A DNA stretch of 64,000 nucleotides from the human T2T-CHM13v2.0 reference genome, Homo sapiens: the NCBI RefSeq assembly GCF_009914755.1, contig NC_060938.1; one strand, given 5' to 3'. The translations under genes and the position numbers were made by a program. Shown one piece after another: positions 32,502 to 50,001 of this stretch; the stretch's first letter is position 1, and every line of letters starts with the position of its first letter. The notes under the pieces are model-generated. The model had not been told where the DNA came from, did not search any database, and saw only the letters and a list, made by a program, of their open reading frames with translations.

Positions 32502-33493
32502 TGAGAGCTTGTGGTCACCTCTATGCCAGTGATTACCAAACTAAATCTCTAGTCTTGGCTTTTCTCTTAAATCTATAAATCTATTCCACATTTCTATCCT
32601 CGTGATAGACTTTTTTGGGATGGAGTTTCTCCAACTCAAACCTATTTTACCACCTTTCCTTCAAAGCTTGCTCCTCTTACTAATTTCTCAGTGTCTGCTG
32701 TTGGTGCCACTATTTTCTCAGAGATAAACTTTGGAGTTCTACTAGGTGCCTCATTTCTCTCACCTGTCACATCCTGTCAGTGGCCAATGATGTCCATTCA
32801 CTGTGTACAGCCTCTCCTCCCATTATTTTTGCCATCGTCTTATTTCAAGCAATTCTTATTACTTCCCTGGACTTTTGGAGTAGCCCTCTAATTGGTTTAC
32901 AGTCTCCAATTGTTTTTCCTAATACATCTTATAAAATACTGATGACTTTTCCTAAAACCAATCATGCGAAACCTCAGCCTAAAATTCTTCATGGAGTTTG
33001 ATTATCTACTGAAGAAAATGCAAACTTAGCGTGACATTCCAGATTTTCCTGGTCCCCGCCTACCTTTCTAATTTTATCTAATCTCTACCTTTAATTCTTG
33101 GTTTATACCTTTCTGATAACAGTCACTGTTTTCAGTAGAAGCTGAAAAGACACTAACATTTTGTTAGGAAATGCTAAATGCCTTATATATGTCACTTAAT
33201 TGCAAGCATAGGTAAGATAGGTTTTATTCCCATTTTAAAGGTGAAGTAACTGAGGTTTCAGAGAGTTCAGGTTAATTTGTCCAAGATCATACAACTTGCA
33301 AGTAGAGCAATCAAGGTTGGTTGATTATAATATCCACATGCTTTCTGTCACGTTGTGTTAATTCTTTGTGTACATGTCATTTTCCCATTGCTTAACTTTG
33401 GTTAATCTTAAAAGAAGGATTGCTGAATCAAAGTATATATCCATTTAAAATGTGACACACATTTTCAAACTGCCTTCTAGAAAGGTTATACCA

Positions 33494-33795
33494 GGCTAGG
33501 TGCAGTTGTCTCATGCCTGTAATCCTAGCACTTTGGGAGGCTGAGGTGGGCGGACAGCTTGAGCTCAGGAGTTCAAGACCAGCCTGGGCAACATAGTGAA
33601 ACCCTGTCTCTGTAAAAAATACAAAATTAGCCGGTCGTGGTGGTGCATGCCTATAGTCCCAGAGATTGAGGTGGGAGGATCACTTGAGCCTGGGAGATGA
33701 AGGTTGCAGTGAAGCTAAGATTGCACCACTGCACCACAGCCTGGTGACAGAGTGAGGCCCTGTCTCAAAAAAAAAAAAAAGAAAGAAAGAAAAAG
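33494..33795 (+). mobile_element. AluJ
   Basis: TSD agaaagg(t/c)tatacca. Confidence 0.88.
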
Positions 33796-34084
33796 AAAGG
33801 CTATACCAACAATATTTCTCCTAGGTATACATGGAATTGCATTTCCAGACCCCCCCCCCCAACCAACACACAAGCTGATTTTTGATATTGTCAGTCTTAG
33901 CCAAACTTAGCCAGTGGTTTAAATTAATTTATGTTCTAAGAATGTTGAATATCTCTTTAGATGCCTATTGGCTTTTGTAACTCTTCTTTTGCGACTTGCT
34001 TGTTCCTACCATTTGACTGTTTTTCTATGTAGGGGTTGATGTTTTCCTTATTATTTATAGAGTAATTAATATATTAAGAATATT

Positions 34085-34375
34085 GGCCGGGCATGGTGGC
34101 TCACGCCTGTAATCCCAGCACTTTGGGAGGCCGAGGCGAGTGGATCACGAGGTCAGGAGATCAAGATCATCCTGGCTAAAACGGTGAAACCCCATCTCTA
34201 CTAAAAATACAAAAAATTAGCTGGGCGTGGTGGCGGGTGCCTGTAGTCCCAGCTACTCGGGAGGCTGAGGCAGGAGAAGGGCGTGAACCCAGGAGGCGGA
34301 GCTTGTGGTGAGCCGAGATCGTGCCACTGCCCTCCAGCCTGGGCGACAGAGCGAGACTCCGTCTCAAAAAAAAAT
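34085..34375 (+). mobile_element. AluY
   Basis: Y-type diagnostics. Confidence 0.88.
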
Positions 34376-34553
34376 ATTAACACTATGTGTAATAGTTATC
34401 CCAGTCTGTCATTTCTCTTTAACTTAGATTATGGTATCTTTTGTGGTGCATATTATTTTATTTTTTTATGTAGTCAATACTAATATTATTTTCCTTTCTT
34501 GTCATGCTTCCCCACACCTAGAATTTTTATGGCATAACTTTGAGAATACAATG

Positions 34554-34655
34554 AGAATTTATTGTTAGGGGTGATACAAGGATTCTAGTTATATTTTTCA
34601 TAACTAGAATTTATTGTTAGGAGTAATACAAGAATTCTACTTATATTTTTCATAA
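34554..34655. repeat. 52-bp-period imperfect tandem duplication
   Basis: agaatttattgttagg...ttatatttttcataa x2, 4 mismatches. Confidence 0.9.
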
Positions 34656-34747
34656 AATGCCTTGGTAGTTGTTCCTAAATGGAATAAATTCACCTTTTCC
34701 CCACTCTTTGAAATGTGGCCTTTATCATATAATTAATTGATTAATTA

Positions 34748-34871
34748 TTTTGATAGAGACAGGGTCTTACCATGTTGCTCAGGCTGGTCTCAAACTCCTG
34801 AGCACAAGCAATTCTTCTGCCTTGGTCTTCCAAAGTGCTGGGATTATAGGTGTGAGACATCACACCTGGCC
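34748..34871 (-). mobile_element. FLAM/Alu monomer
   Basis: Alu-like monomer. Confidence 0.75.
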
Positions 34872-35207
34872 ATGTAATTTAAATTTTCATAAGGACATAC
34901 TTTTAAAGAATACTTCAACAAGACAAAGCATACTTCTGGAAGAATTTACTTAAGTACGTAATTCTCTAGATTGTTTATGTGCTCATTAAGAAGAGAAGTG
35001 TGGAGAATGCAAGTCTTTCAAATAAAGACAGTCTTGGGGAAGCTGATTTTTTCCCTAATGAACAAACTTTTTTCTAATCGTATCTGACTTCTCCATATCT
35101 GACTTTTTTGCAAGCAGGTAGTTTGTAAAATGAGCATGCGCAGAAAGAAGAATTCATGTGGCACCAGGGCAGGACCCTTTCTGGAGCTCTGATTCTTTTC
35201 TTTACAG

Positions 35208-35324
35208 GAAGCATATGGGAAAATAAGCACCTCTGATAATTCCATGGCACAAATCCTCACACCAGACTCACTAAACACTGAGCAAGGCCCAGAATGTTCC
35301 CTAAGGCCCAACCAAACAGAAGAG
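35208..35324 (+). CDS. SYNE2: nesprin-2 exon 13 of window, EAYGKIST...NQTEE
   Basis: ttctttacag| ... GAG|gtaagt; 117 bp. Confidence 0.92.
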
Positions 35325-35761
35325 GTAAGTCCTGGTTGGTAATAAGTAAACTGCTCAGATAGCTGGACTAGCACCTAGAGATGACCAGTGTTCTGTGTCC
35401 TGCAATACCTTGTACGTCAAGCTAAGTGTTCCTTGTGAACTTTAACATATGAAGATATGTGCTGTCAAGCTGTAGAACTGGAAGACTTGTCATCAGATAT
35501 TTACAAAGAAAATAGGCATGGCATAGAGAATTAGACGCTTTTCACTCATTTACCATTTGTCATCATGAAATAGTCTTTCTGTTGATGACTACTTCTTTAA
35601 TCTGTAGATAGAACTTATGGGGGCAAAGAAAGTAGAGAAGGGTTAATATTGATTAATAGCCTGTTACATAAAAGGCATTTATAGTTATCTGTTTAACCCT
35701 CAGACTGTATAAGGTAGGTTCATACCTACCATATGTTTACAAATTAAGAAATCAAAATTCA

Positions 35762-36070
<309 letters not shown>

Positions 36071-36609
36071 TTTTAAAAAAATGTATATATATATATATGG
36101 CTTGTGAATGGAGGAATAAGGAATCAAACCCAGAATATTCTAATCTGGCTTCCTAATTTGGAATCTTGTACCTCAGTTGTTCTCAATAAGGCCTTACAGC
36201 AGGGTGTGGGGGATGGGTACTATTTCCCAAGTTAATTTTGGTGTTTAGCTGGACCTAAAGCTCCAAGGGTCTCATCAAATAGCTCCTATAAAAGATATTG
36301 GCATGTTTTTGCTGTTTTTATTGTTTAATTATTGCATCTCTTTTCTTCTTTTATACTGAGTTCTATTTATGTTTTTTTCTCCCAATCTTTTGTCTAGTCT
36401 TACAAAAATATCTCTTAGTTCTCAAATTGTTACTCCTTTCTCTTCTTTCTTTCCCTCCCTTTCATTCTCTGTCTCTCTTAACAATATATGTCTAGGAAGG
36501 TGGACAAATGTCAGAGGTTTACACCCAGTGGCAATGCTTAGGTCTAAGGAAGTTGCTGACCTAGTCAGTATGTTTTTTTGCTGTTCAGAATTAATCTGGG
36601 TTTTGTTCT

Positions 36610-36841
36610 GGGGACATGGTCTCACTCTTCACCCAGGCTGGAGTGCAGTGGCCACAATCATGGCTCACTGGAGCCTCAACCTCCTGGGCTCAGGTGATCC
36701 TCCCACCTTAGCCTCCCGGATGGCTAGGACCACAGGCACACACCATCACGCCTGGCTAATTTTTGTATTTTTTCAGACACACAGTTCTGCCATGTTGCCC
36801 AGGCTGGTCTCGAACTCCTGGTCTCAAACCATCTGCCCACC
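36610..36841 (-). mobile_element. AluJ, truncated
   Basis: Alu consensus. Confidence 0.8.
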
Positions 36842-37019
36842 GTAATGTTATTTTTGACATCTAATTAAAAATCAGATGTAGCTTCAATGGTGTTTTAGCT
36901 ACAGTAGCCATTCTGCTTAATATTGTTTCTGCTGGTGTGGATAACCTCTAGGGTCTTTTCCCTGGCCATGTGGATACTAGATAATGATGACAATAAAGAG
37001 AAGGAGGAAGAAAAAGGAG

Positions 37020-37250
37020 GATAACAAAATACTTACTGAACATTTAATATGGGCCAGGTACTGGGATTTTACATATACTATCTCTTTTAATCATTAACAA
37101 CAGCTCTATGAGATAAATATTACTGTTACCCCACTTTACAGATGGAGAAACTGAGGCTCAGAGAAGTAAGATGCCCAAGGTCATTTAGCTAGTAAGTGGC
37201 AAAGCTAGGATTCAAACCCAGATCTTTCTGACTCTGAGTTTAAAACCTGA
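37020..37250 (-). mobile_element. MIR SINE
   Basis: cccactttacagatggagaaactgaggctcagaga core; more MIRs near 5200, 9480, 17900, 19190, 33230, 41500, 46720, 62150. Confidence 0.8.
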
Positions 37251-37827
37251 GCTTTGAACTATTAGGCTCCAGTGACTCTCTTTTGAACTAATTTATGTAT
37301 GTGTGTATTTGTATTTTCTTCTTAACTCAGAACTTTTGCTGGGGAGGAATTCTTGGAGCAGGAAAAATAGATGTTACCCTTTACTACAGGAGGAATTTGT
37401 CCACTTCTGATTATTCAGGGACACCTTTACTGGCTCCAAGTTCCATACCTCTTGGTGACTGTCTTCCTGCCTTTTAGTGATTTCTGTCTCATTGGCACAG
37501 CACATCACTAATGAGAAGGAAAGTGGGGACTTTGCAGAAACCAGGCAGCCAATGTCATCAGCCTTCTATCAGCCTCAACAAACCTTTTGTTTCAGAGGTT
37601 AAGTGTATTGACCAAATGATAATTGCATAATTTTTAGTAAAATTCTGAGTCATTCTTGACCCGTATTACAACCAAGGATAAATATTTAGTATGGAAAAAT
37701 GTGAAAATGTGAAATCAAGCTAGGCATGACCTCAGAGTAAACCACCACCATGCCATTCTAGGGGCATGCTTTTCATTTATTCATGTGCAGTTAGGTACTG
37801 TACTTTAGGTATGCAGTTTTACATTTC

Positions 37828-37879
37828 ATAAGCAGTGGGGGAGATATGCAGGTATAAGCAGTGGGGGAGATATGCAGGT
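37828..37879. repeat. perfect 26-bp tandem duplication
   Basis: ataagcagtgggggagatatgcaggt x2. Confidence 0.95.
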
Positions 37880-38799
37880 ATTTGTAGAATTGACTGAAAT
37901 ATTAAGGAGAAAATGTAAAGGTTTGCTATTTTGGCATGAAATGTAGCAATAGCCAGAAAATCAACTTGCATTTTAACTGCAGTTTTTTTTACTGATTACT
38001 GATTACTTCACTGATTACTTAGATCAGTGTTGTGTTGATGCAGAAGTGAAGCAATGTGATTCACCAACTGAAAAGTTAACTTGGATACTAAAAGGTTGGT
38101 GAAATTATATCAAGAATGTGGACTTGTAGATTCCAAAGTGTAGTGAAAGCAGGAATTGCTTTTGATTCTGTTTACTAGTTGTGTGACCATACAGTGCCTG
38201 CTCATGGTAAGAGCCCAATAAAGGCTAGCTATTATTAATTTACAGTTATGCTTTAGAGAAGACATATTTATTTAATAAGAAATACTTATAGTAATACTTT
38301 TTACACCCCCCCCCCCCGCCAAAGTGTACAATTATAAAACATCCATTTAAATAAGTTTTGCTTTTAGAATTTGGGGCTATCATATAGAGAAGGTATTTTA
38401 CAGGGATGCTACTGTGTAAAAAACAAGGGAACTCTGAATTAAAAGATCACAGAGCTGTGTGACCTTGGGTTAGTAACTTGGGTGCTTCTCAGAAGCAACA
38501 TGGTAAAAAGGGAGGCATGTGGGCTGATTGAACATTCTGTGCACTTGGATTTCTTAGACTTTAAAAAGAGGTGGGTGAACTGATCTCTAGTGGGTTCCTC
38601 AGGCCACCCTCAGCTCTTGAAGCTGTATGGTTGGAAATATTCTTTTTGTCTTCTCTTCCCCTTTGGATTCTTTTCAGGTTCAAATAACTAGCAAAAAAAA
38701 CCCAGATTAGTCATGCAGCTTGCTTATTTCCTCATTAATTTGGTGAGTTCATGAGAAAGCAGAGAAACTCAATACTGTCATTAAAAAAAGTGTGTGGAG

Positions 38800-38928
38800 G
38801 GCTGGGTGTGGTGGCTCATGCCTGTAATCCCAGCACTTTGAGAGGCCGAGGCAGGAGGATCACCTGAGCCCAGAAGTTAGAGACCCACTTGGGCAACATG
38901 GCAAGACCCCATCTCAAAAAAAAAAAAA
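38800..38928 (+). mobile_element. FLAM_C-like monomer
   Basis: left monomer plus A-tail. Confidence 0.8.
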
Positions 38929-39232
38929 TGTGCGTGGCATATAACAGGTGCTCAAATAAAATTTTTGAATAAATAATGAAGGCAGGTGGTAAATCTGTGA
39001 TTACAGATTAATATTAATAGATTGTCTTAGATTAATTAATATTAATAGATTGTTCTCTCAAGTGGCAAAAAAAGGAAAGGGAATTCCAAAATCTTTGTCT
39101 GTAGCAATATCTGAAAACTAGATATAGCAATATCTGAAAACTAGAAGGGAATTAATCAGATGACTAGAAATTGATATCTGGAAGTCTGGAAGCAAAATCA
39201 CACAACTGTTGCTTTTTTTAAAAAAAAATCAG

Positions 39233-39548
<316 letters not shown>

Positions 39549-41056
39549 TTAAAACAGTTGAATCCAAGCATAGACTTGACTATATATGAAGTTCAGAAAA
39601 AGCACAACACAAGGAAAAGTTTCCTTGAGAAGGTTTTCAAGATTCTTGAAGAAAATTATAATAATAGATTAATGAAGGCAGGGAAGAAATGGCATTTTGG
39701 CAGAAAACAGCACATGTATGTGAAGATAATAGATGGTGAAAGGTAAAAAGTACAACCCAAGACACTTGTGCCAGACCAGCTTTCATAATACTCATCAGTG
39801 TGCATGAAAATGAACAGCATTCTCATGCCTGACACGTGTTTGTTACCACCTACCAATTTTGTTCGCTCTTTTACACTGAAAGTTCTATGTCTAAACAAAA
39901 TTCCGTAAACATTGAAGAATGTGCATTTGAGTTAGGGTATATATTTGCAATCGATTCCCATTCAAAGTTTGTCACTTGGCTAGAATTACATTTTATTATT
40001 AGATGCTAACACGTTAACAAACTCTTATAGAAAACATTGTATTTTATCATAATCAATAAAATATTTTTTGAGAGCAAAAGGTTTATACAGCAAAACACAA
40101 ATCCTTATTCCTAAAGGAATTTCTCTAGAAGTATCGATACTACTTTTTCCATATTCTGAGGAAGGATAGATAATACAGTGGGAGGTAAATACATCTCTCT
40201 ATCCAATTATCTTTTGCCTCCAGGTTGAACATATCTAATATATAATTACTGGAATACTTTCATTTGGTATCTGGGAGAAAATTTTCCAATCAGTTGATAA
40301 ACAACCCAGTTATTTCAATGTAAAAAGAACACACCACACTTTCTTTATACTGTGAGCATCTAGTCCTTAACTCAATCATATTCGAGTATGCAGAAGGGGA
40401 AGGAAGGTATTTTAGGGATTCCTTCTGAGGAATAGGAAAAAAGTTTCCAGGTTACCCCACTGAAGTTCATTACTTGACTCAAGCTGTTTTTATTAGGGAA
40501 AAATTTAGATAAGTAATACCATGTATGTTTTTAAAAAGCTAAAATTTTTATAATCTAACTATTTGAGAAGATGTCAAGTTAAAATTATGTGGTATATTTT
40601 ATTGTATCCCTGCTGGGAGGTAAAGATCGTGTTCTGTTTTGTTTTGTTTTTCTGTTGGAATAGAGTGTGCAGCAATGTAAGCATTGCTTAATCATGTGTC
40701 ACGTAACGCTAAACACTGGCCAATTCCCTTAAATGTTTCGGACACACACACACCCTGTCACTCACATTCTCACCTGTCTCCTGGGGCTCACCGGGTAGTG
40801 AACTGTGAGCCTGTTTGCGTCCTCTGTGCCCGGGAATACTGTACCTGCTTACTCGCAGATCGGCTGCTTGGAAACCTGTGGCACCAGGTCACGTGATTGT
40901 TGCTATGAGTGTGGAGGTGCATTTCTCTTTTCTTTCTTCCTTCTTCTGTCCTGATTTTGTTTCTTTTAACTGGGGAAATGTTGCAGGTTCCCAGGTCTTT
41001 GCAGGCCCAAGTCTGAAAACTTTGGACTCCCTGGCTTATCTTTGGATTTCTCTTAG

Positions 41057-41287
41057 GGCACCACACCTCCTATTGAGGCTGACACTCTGGACTCTTCTGA
41101 CGCGCAAGGAGGTTTGGAGCCCAGGGTGGAGAAAACTAGGCCGGAGCCCACAGAAGTCCTGCATGCCTGCAAGACCCAGGTGGCCGAGCTGGAGCTGTGG
41201 CTGCAACAAGCCAACGTGGCAGTTGAGCCGGAAACATTAAACGCAGACATGCAGCAGGTGCTGGAACAGCAGCTGGTAGGGTGCCAG
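41057..41287 (+). CDS. SYNE2: nesprin-2 exon 14 of window, GTTPPIEAD...LVGCQ
   Basis: ttctcttag| ... CAG|gtaaga; 231 bp. Confidence 0.93.
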
Positions 41288-42325
41288 GTAAGACTGAGAA
41301 GTCAGAGTTCATGGTTTGCCTCTCCACCAATCATCTGCCAAGATTGGGTGAATTTCTCTTAAAGCAACACTGTTTTTCTTTCTGTTACTCTGACCCTTAC
41401 ATTTATCTTGGCCTCAGCTTTTAGTTCTCAGGGTAATTCTTTGAAATGCTTTATGGAACTATCTTATTTGAGGGGACAGTAGTGTTCAGAATCTAGGAGT
41501 CTAAATCCAGCTCTGTCACATTAGCTGTGAACTTCGGGAAGTGAACTTCTCAGCCTCATTTTCCTTATATAGTAGGTTATCTTATAGGATTTTTGTCAGG
41601 ATTAAATAAGGTATTTAAAGTAGTGTCGCAGGATTTAAATAAGGTATTTAAAGCAGTGTCATAGGATATAAAGTTATCTCATAGGATTTTTGTCAGGATT
41701 AAATAGGTATATAAAGTATATAACAAGTGCTCAGTAAATGCTATTATTTTATTCAATTTTAGTAAGTAATTAGAATATTCATTCATCATAAATGAAACCA
41801 AAAGTATTAATTTGCAAAATTGAAGATACAGCATAAAAGGGCTTTGCAACCATTTTACTAGGAATGCCCTGGGTTTTGCTTGGGAGGGGCAGGGATATAA
41901 ACTTCCTTGCCGCTAGTCGCTCTGAGTAAAGCTTGCCGGCTCAGCCCGAAGGTTGGGGTTTCTAATCCCTCCAGGGAGAGGCTAGAATGATGACATTGCA
42001 ACAGCATAATCGAGTGTCACAAGAGCAGGGGCACGCGAGCTGCTTGCAAAGGCCTCTCTCCCAGCTGCACTTAGGAGACCAGACTTGTCTTTATCATATG
42101 GGCTTGTCTGCCAGGATGAAGACATCCTCTTGTCTCAGAGTTCGCATATCACTAGCCCTGCCACAGGGAGCGTTTCCTGCTGTAGCCTGTTATGTTGTTG
42201 TGGGAAGCCTGCCTTTGATCCACAGTTGTGCATTCTCCCCTTCTATGTAAGCCCATAGTCTTAACAACATCCAGGAACCAGACAGACAGGCCAGCCTCCT
42301 TTTCTGTGCATCTCGGCACCTCTGA

Positions 42326-42637
<312 letters not shown>

Positions 42638-42903
42638 AAAGTCAGTTCTAAAGGGATAGGTTCACTCAGATACTGGCACTGCCGCTTGGCCTGGCTGATG
42701 AGGCCCAGGGGAGCCTGTGAATGCCATAGAGCGTCATACAGCACAGAGCAATGCTATGCTAAACTCAACTCGAGGCAGTCCAGATTTTGAGTCCCACCCA
42801 CTTAAGGCCATTCAGGATTGATTTGCCAACTGATTATCTACTGACTGGGTAGACCCTATGCCAACTCGTTGATTATCACCAGAATCCCATCTTCATTGCC
42901 ACT

Positions 42904-43892
<989 letters not shown>

Positions 43893-44144
43893 GAAAGAGA
43901 AAGGAAAGAAGGGAGGGAGGGAGGGAGGGAGGATTATGCTTAGTAATGTAATATTTGAGAATTGTTTAATTTTGATTATTAAAGACATAAATTAAAACAG
44001 CTGTCACATTACATTAAAAAAATATCATTCTGGAAAAATAGATACTCTAATGTCTGGTAGTTCTATCTAATTGGCTCAATGTTTTGGGAGGTCAGTTGTC
44101 AACATATAAGCTGTTCATCTTCTTTGAGTTAAAAGTACCATTAC

Positions 44145-44531
<387 letters not shown>

Positions 44532-44744
44532 TAACAAGAGGGAAATTGGTAAGTGAATCATGGGATATCAACTTGTAGCTGTTAAAATGAAAATCATGAA
44601 ACGTGTGGAGACAGATGAAAAAGTATGTAATAGTTAAGTGGGAAAAACAGAGCATAAAATTATGCTACATTTTGTTTATAGCCACTGTACAGTCTATGGG
44701 TACATATTGTTTAAACTTAGAAGAATCTATAGAGGACATAAGTA

Positions 44745-45762
<1,018 letters not shown>

Positions 45763-46296
45763 TACAGCTTGCTTGGATGAAGGAGTTATAGGATAAATTA
45801 TTTGCAATTTTGTTTTAAGAATAGAGTTCGTCCTTAAGGAAAATTTTTAATTCCTTAAATTCGCTCAATGAATGGAACTTGTTCTTAGTCACGCACCGAG
45901 TTTTAGTACAAATGATCATGGTGCTGGAATGTGAGTTTGTCTGTTGCTGCTGACGTGAGTGCCCAGCCAGCTGGCATGACCGAGCAGGCTGCTGAGCCCC
46001 AGGAGAGGGCAAACTTGATCTGTTGAGCAGGAATACAATGACCGAGACTTACTGGGAAACTTACTTCATCCAGCTGATATATTTTTAGATTTGTGTGAAT
46101 TGGCCGGTTGTATCAATAACTAAATATTTCAGGTTCCAAATTATTTCTTCTATGGTGTTGTGAGAGTTTGGAGGCTTATTTGTCTTGAGAAAGAGAAGGA
46201 AAAGAGCAAGGGAAATAATTTTCAAACAGTTACGTGGAATTCTTTTTTAAATTCCTACTCCACACTTGGATTGCAACATAAAAGATTAGGAAGGTA

Positions 46297-46635
<339 letters not shown>

Positions 46636-47142
46636 TTAAGCACAGATGTATCAAGCACTGGCCAAAGTACATGGATTTAATTCATTCACTCCTGATAATG
46701 ACCTTAGGAGGTGAGTTCGGTTATTATCTTCATTTTACAGACTACTAGAGGCACACTCCTCTAAAGTAAGGTGCCTGTGTTTACACATCTACTAAGTGGT
46801 AGGACTGGGATCTGAAACCAGATAGTCTAGTTCCAAGATCTGTGTTCTTAACCACTATCCTCTGCTGGATACATTCTGCTATGTTTTGTAAGGCGACTAT
46901 AGAGTCATTTACTTAAATTATTTTACAGAGTGACATGTGTAATTGGGATTGGTTTGGTTGCATCCCTACTGAAAAGTACAAGAATTCTGTGGAAGTTTTT
47001 GTTTTTCCAGGGTTTCTTCCATCCTGTGTTTCTGGGACTTCTTGTATACACTTAAGTAAAAAGAGTAAGTCTTAACTTGTTTGCAGGCACAATACTTCTT
47101 CAAGAACAACATTATGAATAATTAAATGCTTTTATTTCCTAG

Positions 47143-47325
47143 GCTATGCTAACAGAGATTGAGCACAAGGTTGCCTTTCTGTTAGAGACTTGCAAAGATC
47201 AGGGCCTGGGAGATAATGGAGCCACTCAACATGAGGCTGAAGCGCTTTCCCTGAAACTGAAAACAGTGAAGTGCAATTTAGAAAAAGTCCAGATGATGCT
47301 TCAGGAGAAGCACAGTGAAGATCAG
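47143..47325 (+). CDS. SYNE2: nesprin-2 exon 15 of window, AMLTEIEHK...HSEDQ
   Basis: tttcctag| ... CAG|gtaaaa; 183 bp. Confidence 0.93.
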
Positions 47326-48187
47326 GTAAAAAATGACTATCTATGGACATTCATCTTGATACACATATGTGGCAGACCTGCCAGAAGAGAACTCTGGTTG
47401 GAAGTGATGAACCAGCTACAGAGAAACTGTACTAAGTGTGAAAGAATTTCACACATTAACACCATAGATGAGTACACTGGCTTGTTATTTTTATTTCATT
47501 CTACTTTGCAGTTTTCCTGTCTAGGTTGTTGTTGGTGATGGCGGTGGTTTGGTTTGTGTTGGTTTAATGTAGCTGAGTGTTCTTGTTGGCAGTGAGGTCT
47601 AGTGTAAGGCTTCTTCGTAAAAGAAGGATGTATTATAAAGGAATTTTGTGACTCTAATTGACTGGAAAACAAAGCTTTCATAGATGTGACTAAAATTTGA
47701 CATCAGAAACATAAACCTGTTTCCAGGATACTTTGTTATTCATTTGCAAGTATTTATATATATAATCAAAGTATCATATAAAGTGTTCTCATGATTTTTA
47801 AAAGCACTCTGTGTTTATAAATGCAAATGTGCATCTTATGAGTAGATCTTACTATAAAAGATTTGCATGTGCTTATGAGTGGTTCCTACTTAGAGATTTA
47901 TGTTCACAGAAATAAGACTGGCTGCAGATACATAGGCCATATGGTTCCCCTTTCATCCTAATATGTTCTCTCTTTTTAAAAAAAATGTATTTTAGCCATA
48001 GGGGAAATTTGAATTTATAATACTGTTTCTCTTTTTGGTACTTTTTTATTTGGTATTTGTTTTTAAGAAAAAAGGCAATACATTTTCTTGCTTTTAGTAA
48101 TTCATTGGATGAATTAGCTTGAAGAAGTAAGATGATCACTTCACCAAATGTAGTAGTTTTTGAAGTTGTTATGAAATAGGTACATTA

Positions 48188-48511
<324 letters not shown>

Positions 48512-48642
48512 TTATAGCAAATAACAAAATACCATCATTTATTTCATGTAAAATTTTTCTATGTAGTCCCATTATTAGAATTGAGATAAAGTGGAGTTTA
48601 TTTTTAAAAATAAATAGCCTGCCATTATGAAATGTTTTGCAG

Positions 48643-48777
48643 CATCCTACCATTCTAAAGAAATCCTCAGAGCCAGAGCATCAAGAAGCTCTCCAACCAG
48701 TTAACCTTTCTGAATTGGAATCCATTGTAACTGAAAGGCCACAATTCAGCAGACAAAAAGATTTCCAGCAGCAACAG
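48643..48777 (+). CDS. SYNE2: nesprin-2 exon 16 of window, HPTILKKS...DFQQQQ
   Basis: ttttgcag| ... CAG|gtaatt; 135 bp. Confidence 0.91.
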
Positions 48778-48823
48778 GTAATTCTAGCCCCCAACAGTTG
48801 TAGGGACTAGAATATAACTTTTT

Positions 48824-49268
48824 AACCAGGCAAGGTGGTGCAAACCTACAGTCCTAGCTACTTGGGAGGCTGAGGTGGGAGGATCACCTGTGGCCAGGTG
48901 TTCGAGGCCAGCCTGGGCAACATAGCGAGACCCTGTTTCAAAAACCAAAAAAAAGGCCAGGCACAGTAGCTCATGCCTGTAATCCCAGCACTTTGGGAGG
49001 CTGAGGCAGGCAGATCATTTGAGGTCAGGAGTTCGAAACCAGCCTGGACAACATGGTGAAACCCTAGCTCTACTAAAAATACAAAAAAATGAGCCAGGCA
49101 TGGTGGTGCAAGCCTGTAATCCCAGCTACTCAGGAGGCTGAGGCACAAGAATCACTTGAATCCAGGAGGCAGAGGTTGCAGCGAGCTAAGATCACACCAC
49201 TCTACTCTAACCTGGGGTGATAGCGTGAGACCATGTCTCCAAAAACAAAAACAAACAAACAAAAAAAA
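48824..49268 (+). mobile_element. FLAM plus AluS tandem
   Basis: monomer 48824-48954 then dimer 48955-49268. Confidence 0.85.
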
Positions 49269-49727
49269 GCTTTCTATATGGAATTTCTGCAAAGTGTGGC
49301 ATGTGGGTGTTTGTGTGTGTGCAGAAACTCTGAGAGTTTTCAGCATTTACCATAGCATCTGCTTTGCTTTCAGCTGCTAACACTGGGGACACCATAACTT
49401 TGCTCCTTTATTAACTTACATCTTATATCAGCTGTCTTCAGGGTGAACTTCTGTAGTTGCGACTCTGCTTTGCCTGTCTTTTCAAAATGTGTTTGTATGT
49501 CTTTGATGATTTTCCATGTATGCGGTTTAAATAACAGTTATTGTGTGAATATTTTAAATAGGTTTTTGGGAAGTGAGAGTTTACAAGAACAGGAATGCAA
49601 GAAAGAGAAATAGTAATTAATGATTTAGGAACTGGCTCAAAATTAGATTTATCTCAGCAGAGGAAACTAGTGGGTACTAATCGAAAAGCTTGATGGATTG
49701 GACCATTTGAATCTCATTCAATTACAG

Positions 49728-49849
49728 GTTCTGGAGTTAAAACCAATGGAACAGAAAGATTTCATCAAATTCATAGAATTTAATGCTAAGAAAATGTGGC
49801 CCCAGTATTGCCAACATGATAACGATACAACTCAGGAATCATCTGCAAG
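49728..49849 (+). CDS. SYNE2: nesprin-2 exon 17 of window, VLELKPME...ESSA
   Basis: attacag| ... AAG|gtaaaa; 122 bp, ends phase 2. Confidence 0.91.
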
Positions 49850-50001
49850 GTAAAACATTTAAAAATAGAGTTGGTCATTCAGTGGTTTTATGACTGGGAG
49901 AATTAAGAGTGTTTCTTTTAAAAATTGCTCATAGAACTGTGAATGTAATACAAAATGTTTAGTGTTGATTATTCTCTTCACCTTTTGTTCTTCTTCAAAA
50001 G

